Below are positions 12,001 through 26,093 of a stretch of 64,000 nt of DNA, piece after piece. Position 1 is the stretch's first letter, and every line of letters begins with the position of its first letter. The translations under genes were made by a program, and so were the position numbers. This stretch comes from Bugula neritina (lineage: Eukaryota; Animalia; Bryozoa). The stretch spans positions 1,488,001 to 1,552,000 of the forward strand of contig OZ037770.1 in the NCBI GenBank assembly GCA_964035545.1, given 5' to 3'. A model generated the notes under the pieces. That model made no database searches. It was not told the DNA's origin and saw only the letters and a list, made by a program, of their open reading frames with translations.

Positions 12001-14660
12001 AAAATGAACTTGAAATTAAAGACTTAGTAGTAAAAATTAAACTAAGACTGACTGTAAGTGACTAAGATTAAAAATAAGTAATTTTAAATATCGATGTAGT
12101 ATTTTTCTTACTCTTTGTCCTAAAATTGACTTTTATTTTGCACCTACTCCTGGTCAATGATTCTTTTTTCTATTTATATTACTATTGCTATTAGTATAAT
12201 TGACTTAAATTTAATAATAGATATGATTATATCTTTATAAATGTGATATTTGATTTTATGAATAGTAATTCGAAAACTCTTTGGTATTATTTATTTTTGA
12301 TCATTGTAGTTATTATCATTATATTTGTATAATAATTATGATTATCAAATTCAATATCGATATTTGTATTATGGTATGAATATCTGCCTCCATCCCATGT
12401 TCTGTTTTGCAGTGCCTTTTTACATTCACGTCTAGGTTCACATTGCGATGGTCATACTGATAGCACTTGGGGACAGTGATGAGCATAATGATTATCACTA
12501 ATATTAGGATTATCGTTATTAGGATTTAGAATAATTTAATAAACAAGCAACTTAAAACAAATGTTTTTACTAATATACATATTAATTACTAATATAAATA
12601 TACTACTATGAATATTATAATTATTATACTTTACAATTCAAAGTAAGATAATCATAATACGAACTGGTAAAACTAAATATAAAGTAAATGTAATAATACT
12701 AATAGTAGTTATCCATTCCCCTTTGGTTTCACATACTAATAATTGGAAACCTCTGTCCTAATATTATTTCTATTAATATTGCTCAAAGTTTGATCCCTAT
12801 TTAATTTTATAGTTCACTCACCAGCTACATAATTTTATTAAAATACATGTGGTATTGGTTATAGTACTAGTGAAACTTGAAGTTGAATAGCATGCTTGTT
12901 ACTCACTGCTCTTTGCTTACATTATTAGGGTTACTCTTTAGTCTTAGAGATACCCTAACATAAACTTGAAAGCTGGAGGTAGTACTAGTCTAGTGCTGTG
13001 TTAATCCTACACTGTTGACTTATCAACACTGTGACTATAATTATGACTCCTAAGTCAAAGTCATTTTCATATAGTAGTAATCACTATGACAGACTGAAAG
13101 TCAGGAAGACTAAATATAATGGTAAAGTGTGTAAGAATAAATCATACTTAATCAATTACTTTTAGTTTTGTTACCAGTGTTGGGTCAACTTTCAGAATAA
13201 AGAATAAATATAATTATAAAGATAAATGGATAAAAATTCCAATCATGGTTTAAAGGATTGCTCAATCTTAGTTTATTACAATCACATTATAATTATAAAC
13301 TATAATCTAATGTGTATGCAAACAATTGTGGCTTTGCAAAGGGATATGTGCCTAGAAAACAGCTTTTCAAAATTCCAATTCTGAGGGAGGTAAAATTTTC
13401 AGCCATGAAAAAGAAGAGCCTAAAACGTGACGTGTGAACGCCAGTAACTATGCTGCACGTGCTAACTATAACGCTAGTATTCAAGGTTGCTGGGCGCAAC
13501 ATCAACCAATAACGCTCAAGCAGTTACAGTGCGCTATATAGGTCAGCTTTGGTGTGCCTGTAATATTGCACAATCTGACCTAGTTTAGATCGATCGCATG
13601 CATTCATCCTAAAGAATGCATGTTTTTGCAAGGCTTTTTCTAATGTTTACAAGCAAAATATAGCCTAATGCTATCACATACATGTTATTTAAAATGCCAA
13701 AAAACTATAGGTTGAGATAATTCACATTTGCACTTCTATAAATATACAAATTACAAGCTAAAAGATTACATCTCACAGTCATATTTCTATAGTTATTCAT
13801 TTGTATAGTCACGTGCCCAGCAGGAATGCTGGCGCTGTTACGTCACATTTCCCAGCTCATTTCAAAATCGGCGTTTTGGCTGTTACCAATCTACACCCTC
13901 AACTTCAACTAACTTTTTCTACCTTTGGTCAAATGCTTCTTGTCAATGCATGCTTAGAAAAACACAATATTATGTGTGTTTGACCTAAATGGCCATTTAT
14001 TAGACAAGATAGAGCAATCCTTTAATGTGCCTATTTTAAGCTGTTAATTTAATTACTATAATATAAGTGCTCAAAATACAACTTTTGATTTTCATAATTA
14101 TGTTTTAATTTAATACAGATACCATAGTATCATATACAGTAGAATCAGTTGTATCTTATTTAATAATGAAGTAACTTATTGGAGCTTTCACAGTTATTAA
14201 TTATTTACTTGTTAGTCTTTGAACTGGGACAATGTTTAAAACTTGAAGTAGAATGAAGTTTGATTTCAGTTACCGCAATGGTATCTGCAGTCACAATAGG
14301 AATACAAATATAACTATGTTTATATTTGTGAAAAATATATAGTCAAAACTAGATAAGGTAATAGTAATTATAATTGGTTTCACTTTTAATATATTCCTAT
14401 AAACTGGAAAATAGACAGAAGCATTTAATCATGAAAGTAAACCTAGTGGAAGTAAATCAATTCACTAAGTATAGTAAAATATTTACTATTCAGTAAGTTT
14501 ATTTACTTTAGTTAATTGTACTTGATTATTTCTGTCGGTTTTTCAGTTGATTTTTCTACCTTTTGCTATAGCATATCAAACTACCACAAAGTCATGCTTC
14601 CGTATTACAATTATAAACATAGTGTTACTGTGTAATGTTATAGTAATGTAATAGTAATAT
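9050..14660. repeat. Long cryptically simple AT-rich domain of decayed 3/6-nt periodic repeats, incl. (CTA)n at 10092-10240
   Basis: Runs such as actaatactaat, agtaatagtaat, gagtgagactcagact; internal ~70-bp direct repeat near 11415 and 11745; mirrored at ~52390-57280. Confidence 0.75.
13254..14021 (+). mobile_element. Second copy of 768-bp Kolobok-like element
   Basis: TTAA on both sides; the paralogous site in arm B (53033-53036) has a single TTAA. Confidence 0.92.
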
Positions 14661-15545
14661 TTGGATCATTGTAAGTATTTCTGTTGTTGTACTGATTGAT
14701 GAATATTTTTTAGTTTGCATGGATATTTGCAACGATCAAGATGTCATTTGAACCTGGACTGGAATAAAGATGGAAAATCGAGAAGCTAGCTACAATTATT
14801 CTGTAGAAAAAAACTTGGTAAGCAAAAATAAGCTGCAGCATTAAGCAGTTAGCAATATGACGATGAACTTTGCTTGATTTTGATTGACCTTAAAATATCT
14901 GGTCACCTTTCACCAACGTGGCGGGTGACCTTAAAATGTCTGTTGCACGTAAAATATATTTTGTGACAGTCAAAAGTATGCTGATCTTTTTCGTATTTCA
15001 GTGCATCGGTGTCTTAGCTTAAGAGCTGAACCCAACAATTATGATCTAAAGCTGTTTTTTACTAGAAAGTGATTTTACTGTCTTTCTGATTATTCTTGGT
15101 TTTTCAGCTTGATGAATTGAATAAATGGATTTGATTTCGGGTATTATGTAATGGATGAAAGAAATTTTTCTTAAATTTGTACTGAGCAATTTTTGCTATT
15201 GCTATGATGTTTAGTGATAAAATTGCACCCTTAATAACCCTGAAAACTTTCATTACTAGCATTTGTTTATGTTCATTTTTAGGAAATTAAAATGAAGACA
15301 CAACTCACCAATGCTATCTCACTGTGCCTGCATGCAGTTTATCTAAAAAGGTACTCCTATTAGCTGGCTCTTGCCCAATACCTGGTTGTCTCTGTAACTA
15401 TTTTTTGCTCGCAGATGAGTTTTTTGAACTTGACATTTTATTGATTTTGAAAGTTATAGTGAGCTTTGAACTTGCTAGCATCGTTTTTAAAGACTTGCTG
15501 CAGTTTTTATCAACATTTTTTCAGTCAATGGTGTTAGTTTGGAAG

Positions 15546-15848
15546 CTCTCTCACTCCTCTCTCTGTCTCTTTCTCCCACACCTTCCACTCAACCTCTCTC
15601 TCTTTCTCCCCCTCTCTCCCACCCTCCCTTTCTCCCACCCTCCCTCTCTCCCACCCTCTGTCTCTCCCACCTTCTCTCTCTCCCACTCTCCGTCTCTCCC
15701 ACCTTCTCTCTCTCCTAACCTTTCTCTCTTCCCTTTTCCACTATCTCTCTGACTCTCTCCCTTTCTCTCTTCTACCCCATCTCTCTTCCATCCTCTCTCT
15801 TAACGTTTCTCTCCCACCCCTCCCCTCTCCCACTCTCTTTCTCTCTCT
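15546..15848 (+). repeat. CT-rich polypyrimidine tract (mirror GA-rich tract 51196-51498)
   Basis: ~300 bp of almost pure C/T; produces the LPLSP pseudo-ORF. Confidence 0.95.
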
Positions 15849-17474
15849 AGTTTGCATGGCTTTACCCAATTTTGGTTTATTTTTTTATTTTGTTTCAGAG
15901 TATCCAAAAGGAAAGCTAAAATTTATTTAATATATATTATACCAACTTGAGCTTTGCATATAATATCAAATAAATGCTGTGTTTTGTTAAAACAATGTTT
16001 GCAACTTTGTAGTATATTCAAATTCATAATTTATTTGTAGAGTCACACAACAAGACACTACTCTGACACACTCACAAGTTGCCACTGATCCAGCAGTATA
16101 GATGATTGTTTTCTCCACTGGCTATGCTATCACGCTTTACTGTTGTGGTGTTTGAAACAAACCAATTGTTTGCCTACGCAGATTAGGGTGAGAAAAAAAG
16201 TGAGAAATGAAAGCTGTTTTTAATACCAACTACACTTAGTTTTTATTGAATGAAAAACAAAGTGAAATCATTAGTTATCCGTTAAATGACTAAATCATTG
16301 TTTATAAAGATGAAACACAAATAATCTTATAATATGCTAATGAAATTTGGCTTTCAAATAGCTTTTTTCTGTATATTTGTTGAGGAAGTTTATCTTCAAC
16401 AAAACTTCGTAGCTGTTGAATATGTGGAGAGTATTTTATATTGCATAAATTTATAGAGTAAAAGGTTCTCATCAAACTTTTACAACTTAGCTCATCGACG
16501 GTTTAAAAGTGTGAGTCACCCTTCACACTAGAGTTTTATAAAGTTTTAATGAATGTGCAGTATTTTATAAAATATTGTGTGTCTCGTAAATTTAGCTATT
16601 TCTACCTTTTCAGTGAGATTGGAGTAAACACACCTCAAAATTCACATCTGGTATCACATTGATTTATCGCAAGTCAAAGTACACCTACTAACTCTTCCTT
16701 CCTTAATACCTGCTTGATTTTGCACTTCTACTCATTTCGTATACCTAACATTTCTCTTGCAGATGAATTACATCTTTTAAGTTGTAAAAGCCTTAAATAG
16801 CATGAAATTAATGAGGTTTAAACCGTGGCCACACTAACTATTGATGCGTTTATTGATGGGTTAAATTACACGAAAATATTGTCTCTTTCTTTTTAGTTTC
16901 ACCTAAAGTATTACATACTATTGATGGAGGCTTTGCTGAAGTTTTTGGGTGATGATTTGTCAATAATTTTCCAGAGAAGATGATGCCACGGTGGCTGGCA
17001 TCATTATGCAGTTTCCAAATTTCTTTCAGCTTTGCTCTAGTGAAAATGTTGAAAAACAATCAACAAAAAGGTTTGTACCATAAACGAAGTTACTGTGTGC
17101 GTGTTGTCAAAGCATAAAGTGTGTTGGAAATTTTTGGGTTTCTGTTGAGATGCGTTTTTGCTTTTCCTGCATGAAAAAAGTTCCAGTTTCAGTTAATATC
17201 ACTAGCGGAGTGCCCACCTATATTTTAAATCATATTGATGCATAAGTTCTTTTTGTAATATTAAAAGTATAACTTGCTTAATTGCTATTCAATGCCCTTT
17301 GAAGTTTCCAACTGTAATTAATTAGTTGATTTGGCAGCATAGTATCGATGATTGATGAAGGCAGCCGATATAATTATAAGCATAAATATCTATATCTACA
17401 TGAAGATGTCATTCCCAATGATTGTTATTCTGAAATCAGCTGATTAAGTTATCACAAACTAAACATTTTGACCA

Positions 17475-20048
17475 CACAGTTGGTTTAAGGTCATGCTTTT
17501 CATTTTCTGGCTCTTTGCCAGGTGCTTTATGTTCTATATGAACAATGTTCCACTGATAGCTCGAACAGGTTGAATGTCACAGGAACAAAAAAAATATAAA
17601 AAGATAAAGAAACTTATGTTCTCCAATATACTTTTTTATTTTTTTCAAAAGCCAATTCATGTTTAAGTTATAGCTTGTTGAAAAACATAGTCCCCCTTCC
17701 ACATTCTTTTCAATTTATACGCTCCTGACTTGTTATTGTGTCTCAATATGCCTTGTATTTGAGTGCTTGTTAGTCTCGCTTCACTAACTTTGCCTATACT
17801 TCACAAGTGCCAGTGCTGCTGGCTCAAAAGCTAAATGTTATAAACTGTCAGCTAAAACCCAATCTTGTATTCCTAGGTTGGTTGGCCTAAATAAAACAAT
17901 AGTCAAATCATGATTTCATGTTTTAAAAATTTACTCTATTCTAACCTGCTGCCTAGCTAGTTCTATTTTTGATGTATAATTACAAAATTTGTGATACATT
18001 TTTTTGGCAACCATGTAATTTATAAAATGCAGTAATGGTACTTATAATATTATATTATTATCATTATAATATATTATATAGTATTATGTGTGTTTTTATT
18101 ATCCTGCATAATATCTAATTTATTATTGTTGTTGTGCAAACAAGTGCAATTAACCTAGTTTTCAAAATGTACCTCTAAATTATCAGAATATCAGTTTAGA
18201 TATTTTCATGCTTTGTAAGGTAAACCTAAAAAAAGAGGCTGTATTCTCAAAGTAAAGGGTGTTGAACTATGAACTATATTAGATTAGCCACTCTGCTACC
18301 AAGTGCATCAGTATAATATTATATAAATAGCTCTGATGCTTTGTCTCCGGTGGCTGGCTGCGATATGATAACTTGGCCAACTTCCAAGAGTTTAAAATTG
18401 GCGCAATTATTCAAGAGGTTACATACTGCACAAAGCTAGCAGTGATAGTAACCTTGCTATTGGCAGTACTTATTACAACTGCCAGCATATAAGCTGCATT
18501 GTAGAATGCCGTTGGGGCAGGCTAGTAAAACCAAATTCTGCTCTCTAATATACCTTAGACAAAATGCAGCAACATAATTTTTAGTTTCAAATTACATTTG
18601 CCACCCTTACATGAGCTGTGGGCTTCATAAAGATTCATATGATTAGAGATTTATGCTATAGGCCCTATCTGTGCTAGTGTATGATGAAAATAACACACCA
18701 TTGTCAAAGTTAACTTCAAGTATGTTGTTTTCCAGAAACTCAGTAATGTCCATTTATCTCTCGCATACAAATACTTATGTAATACCATACAGTTTAAGTT
18801 TTATTTTAGAGCACATCTGCAAACTCTACAATAAGAGCTTGCTTTACCAGTCTATTTCAGACCTGTTTTTGTAGCTAGTAATACGCAAGCTACTTATTTT
18901 TAAACTTTTGGGTTATTTGTTCAAAACCATTAGCTTTGCTCGTAACCCGAGACTATTGCAACAGTTGACTGCTATCAACATGAATTGACAGCCTAATAAT
19001 TATAACCCTTTTGCGCGCGAAATATTCATGTAATGATAGTTACTCATATAGTGCGCGTCTTATTAACGATGACTGCGTGGTCTAGAGGTTAGAGGCGTCA
19101 GCGAGGAGTTAGTTGGTTATGGTTCAACCCTGTTTTGTCGCAATTTTTTTTGTCAACTTATGCAAATCCTACGCATGTATAATAAATATGGCTATAATTG
19201 TAAAGTTTTTTTTAACTTTTGTTAAACAGTAAGACAACATACATGCATAATAATTAGATCTGAACACTGGACTAAACCTTAAATTGATCTTATAGAATAC
19301 AATGTACTTAAAATAATCATATGTGAATTAGAGAAACTGAAAGTACACCTGCTGCTCTATAGACAGACCTTTACTGACAAGACTGCAAAGTGAAGTGATT
19401 TAGCTGAAATTAACTCTGCCAAACAAACAAAGAATTATGTTGTGCTGAGGCATTTTCAATATATTATTGTAACATAGTGAGATGATTCAGCTAAGTGCTA
19501 ATGTAAAACAGGGAACATTATATTGGCAGAAATCCAATAGACTGCCAATTTGTGCGAGAGGGTACTATATGTTATTGTGATAGCGCAGAGCGGCAAACGT
19601 ACTAGGAATGTTATAATTAGTCACAGGAGCGTAGCTAGAACCACCATATGAAGAATTTAGAAAATTGCAGTGAAACTTGCAAAATGGTGTATGTTTTTAC
19701 CAAATTGTGAAGAGCATAAACAGAATTTCAAAAAACAAAGAAAGTATATTAGAGAAAACATATCAAGGGATGTCAAGTTTAACTTTTATACTTTATAAAA
19801 TGAATCCCCTGTGCTACAGCAGTGGAACATGGAGGGTGTAAAATTTTACTTATTATGCAACAACTTTCTCAAAAAAATTTTTATTGAAAAATTAAAAAAG
19901 TATATGAAAGAGGAATGCAAGAGCTATCTTTTCATGTAAAATTTGTTAATGTGAGACAAAAACTGTTCGAGCTATCCCCTGGAAACCGTTTATATATAAC
20001 ATAAAGCAGTGCCTGAATCTGGAAAGTAATGACCTTAAACCAACTGTG
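17475..20048 (+). mobile_element. 2574-bp non-autonomous CACAG-terminal element, EnSpm/CMC-like, 2-bp TSD (CA)
   Basis: Perfect 20-bp TIR CACAGTTGGTTTAAGGTCAT; flanks gacCA|...|CAgtgg; arm B empty site (~49570, reverse strand) reads gacCAgcgg. Confidence 0.88.
19004..19563 (+). mobile_element. Old nested piggyBac-like MITE containing a tRNA-like A/B-box segment
   Basis: Imperfect TIRs aacccttttgcgc / gtgcgagagggta; internal GTGGTCTAGAGG...GGTTCAACCC at 19077-19130; also present at ~46444-47011. Confidence 0.45.
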
Positions 20049-21825
20049 CAGTGGCTTGCAATGCAATTGGTGAAATTTCAGACCTAGATAAATTGAATTT
20101 CTTACTGAAAATCGTGAAGGTGTTAAAGTTTAAAGTGAAAGTTTAAAGGGTCATCTCTCTGCGAATTCTAATAGCATGGTGCCAATTAGACTTGAAAAAA
20201 TTTCAAGGCACTACAAAGCACTAAGCCCATTCTTACAAGTAGTTTCAAAGTGCACTGGAATTTCAGTTTACTTGTCATTGTATAGAATCCTGATCTACAC
20301 TATATAGCATTCACTATTGCCTGCTTCTTCTAAGCATCTATAATGTATTAACTACAGTTTGCTTTGAGAAGTGAATTTCTACTTGGTATTTTTTCCTTAT
20401 CATTCCGTTGTTTGCCAGTAGTCTTAATTTAATGGATTTTCCCTTTTCAAAAGTGGTTGTGACAATCAAAACACATCATGCAGCCTGCAACTACACAATC
20501 AGTCAGTAATTTCTTCCATTAAAGTAGCTCTTCTGGTTACTCTTGCTCACCTAAAAGCCTGAGCCTCATTCAAATTGCAATTTTTTAGAGTTGTTAGTTT
20601 TTCATGCAGTCTTTCATTTTTTTTTTGTTAGGCACAAAATTAGTATTCACTAGACCTAATCTTTCATCTGCATGTATGCCTATTGTTTGTTCATTAAAGA
20701 AAAACCTCTGCTGAGTATTGAACTAATAATGAAAATAAATTCCCTAAACTAAAAGTAGCAGTGTGATTTTGGTATTACAATTAGTTGTTAGCATAGAGTC
20801 AAGTTATTGACAGGAATTTTCAAATTGAAATGAATGAATTTCATTGTAAGTCAGCAAGATTTGGTCTAAGTAAACATAGCATTACATCGTGTTTTATTTA
20901 GCATTTGCAGAAGGCAACATATATTTTAAGGATTATTGTAAACTTAAATGTAATTTTAAGTACTTTCCATGTTTGTTATTGTAGATGGTCTTGTTCTTTG
21001 GGATGGATGTGACAACTCCTTGTGTCAAGCTTAACTGATTGACTACTGAATCCCAATCATATGTTTTGCCAAAAAATGTGAAAATGGAGTGCATGTCTAC
21101 TTTATTTGAGAAAATATTAAAAATACTTTTGAAACTTCTTCTAGCCAAACAATACAACAGTTTCATTTCATTAAAAAATATCATTTGCACAGAAATGTAT
21201 TATGTAATCAAACAATTTCTAGAAAAAAAGTGCTTTCCTCCAGTTTTGCTAATGAACTACATTTTTCATTATATGCTTGTCTATATAATTTTATTAATTG
21301 TTTTTTCTAGTGAGTCAATTAAAGTCAATTCAACCTAGAAAAGTCTGAATTTCAGACTTAATTTCAAGCTAGAATATTCACATTTTTAGGTCTGCGTTTG
21401 CAAAAATTGTTGTGTTACTTTACTTTTTATATTTTTTGAAATAAATATCTTTTTAGCTTGTGCCTATTCATGATTAGAATAGTATAATAATATTTAACTT
21501 TTCTTCAATTTCAATAGATGAAAATGTTGATCAGTTGGAGTATTCAGTTTAGCTGAATTTTACTTGCTTCTGCGAAAACAATCTTTTGGAGTTGTCTGCC
21601 CTCTCTTTAGGTAATTTTTTGACCTATGGTCAACGCAATAATTATAACTTTTTAAAGATGCTTGTGAACCTAACAATATAGCATAACTATCAAACCACAT
21701 TATTCAATATCTGCATAAAATTTAGCCGATAAGCTGCCACCCAATGAGCTTGAAAAGATATTAGAATTCTAGCTCAGTGCTGCCATCAATGTAGATATTT
21801 ATAATGATATAAAGCCAAAACTCAT

Positions 21826-21854
21826 TATTTATAATGATATAAAGCCAAAACTCA
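21826..21854 (+). repeat. Second unit of a 30-bp tandem duplication (atttataatgatataaagccaaaactca), present in both arms
   Basis: Repeated from ~21797; mirrored at ~47767-47824. Confidence 0.8.
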
Positions 21855-24800
21855 ATATTGCATGAAATTATCTAACCATTCCTGACAAAGACTCGAGATA
21901 ATAACTCCAAAGTTGGTCAGTTGAAACCACAGCAATAATACTTTAATCCTTATAATTGTCAGGTTTAATTTTATACCAAGCCCCAATAAGTATATATCAC
22001 TATGACAACACAGCCTAAGCACCTCCAATGCAAGAAATTTAGTATTGTGGTGCTGCAAATCCTCCAGTTACAAATGAGTAGAGCTTTCATGATTATTGGT
22101 CTACCATAATGTTTATTTAGTTTTAAGGACTAGCATAAATGCTATTATATGTGGGAGGTATTTGAAAAGCTTCCAACTCCATCTTCAACTACGGGCTATT
22201 ATAATTATGCCGATAAACGAGATACTACACTCAGACTGCCCTGTTATAGTACTATGATTGGCTACTGCAAAATTTTTGCCGATAGACAACATTTAATTAT
22301 GATGTAATGTATCTCGTATTGGTACATAAGTGTTATGTCTGAGGACGAGATACTGTGAAATTATGCCCTGCATTTGAGAACAAGTTTTTGTACACATATA
22401 CTGCTAATTTCCTTTACTGCTTACACCAATTTATAATGTTGATAGCTTACTACATGTTGTGCACTTTCAGTCTACTAGCTCAGTAAGAGCTTCACTACAG
22501 TTTCAAGCTAATTCCAGCAGTAGACATCAGAATAGCTATATAGGCCTAGCTTGTTTGTATTGAATATGTGACTTCTAATCTAATTAAATTATAACTAAAG
22601 GAGTGGAGTATAGTTGTGGTATTATGAAGGGGGTGTTCAAATTTTTATCAATCATCTTCTTTTAAAAACAAAATAGTAAAATAAATAAATAGCTGTTTTT
22701 TTTCAAGTAAATCATCATTTATAAAACAATAATTTATATTTTGTATAATAATGATTAAAGCAAATGATATCATAATGCTTTCAAAAAAGCACGTAGAACG
22801 TTTATAATTCACATCCACCCCCACCCGGAAAAACCTACCCTAGTCATGCCACAGCTGCAGTGCACTGTCCTCAAACAAACCGCTCTGTGTAATATCATAC
22901 GTAGTAGCTGCATCTTGCCGTATTGGAGATGTTACTAGTAAAAGCTATCTCGGTAAATAAAATATTCGATGTTAAAACGCAATCTGTGAAGTGAACTTGC
23001 CAACTGGCGGTGGGATTATCATTATAAAATTGAGTGAAAAACGTCTTTTACCTCTCAAACCTAGGATGAAAGAGTGTACTTTGATTAACTTAAAAAGTTT
23101 AACTTCAAGGGTAAGTGAGTACATACTGCTTCCTTCAGCAAATTCGCATATTTCATATTGCTTACAAGCAATAATATATTTAATTTTATAGTATTTGTAT
23201 AGTTGTACTATTAGTATTACGGTAGGCCTATACTGCATGCGTATTACTATTACTATTACTATTACTATTACTATATTATTATTATTATTATTTGTATTGC
23301 ACAGTATCACTGAACTTCAAAATTGAGTTTTATATTCATAAAATGTATAGTAATATAGTCATTCATTAATGGTAGAACTATTACAAAGACTGTAAAACTA
23401 GATCTAAATTGTTCGTTCATTTCATCATTATGTAATTAACTTTAAGAAAAATTGCCAAATTTATTATTGACTATTATTTTTTTCTTCAATATTTAAAGTT
23501 CTGTAGTTGAGTAGGCACATAGAAAATATAATATTGCACTGAGGAGCTTTTGTTTAGTAATTCTAATTGTACTACTACTTGCATACCAAACTACATTTAC
23601 TGTGAGTGACCAACTTGAAATACATTATAAGCATATGTTTCAAAAAAATTGTAGTGGTCATGGCAATCATATCTACTGAGAAATTATTTGAAAAATACAA
23701 TTTCAAGGGAGCATTCAACATATTAATTGTAATTATGAGCTGTGTCTTTTATAAAGTTACCAGCAGGCAGCTTTGATCTGATTACAGTATAGGTAGATTT
23801 TACAGAATATAGACTACTATAATAGTACCTGTACTAGCTGTGGTGTATGAACATGTTAAATCAAATTTCAAATGTTGAAAATTACTTTTGAATGTATTGA
23901 GAAATCTGCTATTGTATTTTTAGATGATGCCCCAAAACAAGTGGCTTATACTAGAGGATTAAGTTTTGCCAATGAAATGCTATAGTATGTGTAATCAGGA
24001 CATCTTTTCAATGTCAGCTGCAGCTCTTAGGATTTTTTGATCTTCTACTCTTGCAAGACGATATCTTTTTATGTTTAAAAAGCATAATACTCTACAATTG
24101 ACACCTATATATCAAGACTCTACCTGCAAGAATAGGACTTCTATCCACGAATATAAAAACTAAAATTATTAATAGTTGACAGGACTAATTACCCTAGCAA
24201 TGTGCCTTTTAGTTAGGCTTTTGCAGCTTGAATTTTTATAGATTCTGCTTTTTTACAAAGTCAGTTTGACATTTAATATCGTAATGTTTGCTAAAGAAAA
24301 GTAATTAGGGAACTAACCTATTATTTCCCCCAAGTTTGTAATATATTTATAGGATGTATTGCTATAAAAAGGCCTGACTTATTTCTTCACAATAGTACAC
24401 ACCTGTTACACCTTCTGCATGTTCACATTATTCATTGAACTTGCTACTTCTATGCCTGATCATACGTGTATATATATTATATTATGTTTGAAAATCCAAA
24501 CTGATTTTTGTTGTGATCTTTAGCAATGGCTATCTGGTATTTACTTGAATAAAACTGAAAGATTTGTTGCATATGCCTAAATTCTCAAGTCAATTCTTGT
24601 TATGGAATATTATAACTGCAGCATCAAAATAATAGATAATGCATTGCTAGTTATATCTGAGCTGATTAACTGACACCTATCAGTCTGGAAACAAAACTGA
24701 ATTCACTGAACATCTGTTTTTATCTTAAGGAGGTTTTCTTTTCAAATTCTCAATACTTGTCTAGCTAAGATTAAAACTTTTCATCGTGGATGTTTCACTC

Positions 24801-25899
24801 GGGCAAGCATGCATAGTGTCGGTCAGTCAGTCTAACTAGACACAGCTTTTTCTATTAGATGCTAAATTTAGAAACATAAAATAGTTGATAATCTTGGCTC
24901 TGAGTTGGTATACAAACCGATGATATGCTTGAGTGAACACTGCGCAGCTATGATAACCAACTATTGATAGTAGCTGCCAGGAGTATAAAAGGAGCCCAGT
25001 TGTTTGCTGGCCTCAAATTTATTTCTCAGTGCAAGGCAACAAGATACAGCTCATAGCCAATTTTTGGACATTTAGATAGAAGCCATTTAGGCTTGATTGG
25101 ATCTTTAAAAGTTTAGACTGTATACAGCAGAGAGCAAATAGAATATACTTAAAGCACAGGCTCATGGTCTAACCTTTTATATAGTTCCAAGTTCCAACTC
25201 ACTTCAATAAGTGTTGATTATTGCTTATATACTAATGTACAATGGGACCACAAAAGTACCTACTAGCTTTATTAGACATTTTCAGCAATCAAATCCTTTA
25301 CCCAAACCATCTAAACTCAAAGTGGCCACACAAGATTCTGCATATCTGCCCTTCACAGCTACCAACAAAATCTCGCACATGACTATCTGACCTATATACA
25401 AGTCTCTTTACTATTCTAATCTATTGTGCAGAGTCTGTAACTGATTGTAATAGTTTAGCAGTGAGAAGTGTTTTTACAACTAGAAGAGGATTTTAATGAT
25501 GAAGGTAATTTTGGTTTTAAGTTAGTCAATGGTAGTGAACAGATAGATTAATAGTCTAGCCTAAAAACATTATGCTTTGAGAAAAGAGCATCTCTAAATT
25601 ATTTGTTATGACTGCCTTTTACAGTATTTAAATAATAACTGCATTAAAATTTCAAAGGTTGTAGTCAAGCCTGTAATTATTAACAACTTTATTAGGCTAG
25701 CCAAATGGAAGAACATTGAGTTAGCATTAGCATTTAGCTTGCTTCCAGAATCTGAAATAGTTTTACATTGTTTGTTGAAAAAGCAGTTATGAAAATTATC
25801 TTCCTTTGTACATCAAGTACATTGCACATGAAACGAACCACTGGTGTCTTGTAGTAATAATAATGCTTAGCCTTGCCATGACCACATACTTGCTCAATA

Positions 25900-26091
25900 G
25901 ATTGTTGCGATAGTTGTAATATGAACAGGTGCAGCCCTAGCTAATTTGATGGTCTGTTGGCAATTGTTCAAACTCATGCTAAAATATGACAAGTAGGCAA
26001 TACGCATGCCGCCCACAGAGCAATAGCAACTAGGAACTGAGCCTAGATTATAAGATGATATTTTGCTGGGAATGACCTTAACTATGCTGTG
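25900..26091 (-). mobile_element. One end of a CACAG-family MITE abutting the tandem array
   Basis: Minus strand begins CACAGCATAGTTAAGGTCAT and contains tgtgggcggcatgcgtattgcctacttg, matching the 39161 element; other end not found. Confidence 0.65.
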
Positions 26092-26093
26092 TA

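Larger units (their letters stand above)
7795..22370 (+). repeat. Arm A of large inverted segmental duplication
   Basis: Collinear reverse complement of 47251-58520 except two insertions (13254-14021, 17475-20048); many mirrored ORFs in the track. Confidence 0.97.

Noticed and set aside
15324-15752. 142-aa ORF (mirror 51292-51720)
   Set aside because: Non-ATG start and CT-tract-derived tail; conservation reflects recent duplication only.
19072-19135. Functional tRNA gene (also 7731, 46518)
   Set aside because: A/B boxes only; no acceptor stem or cloverleaf.
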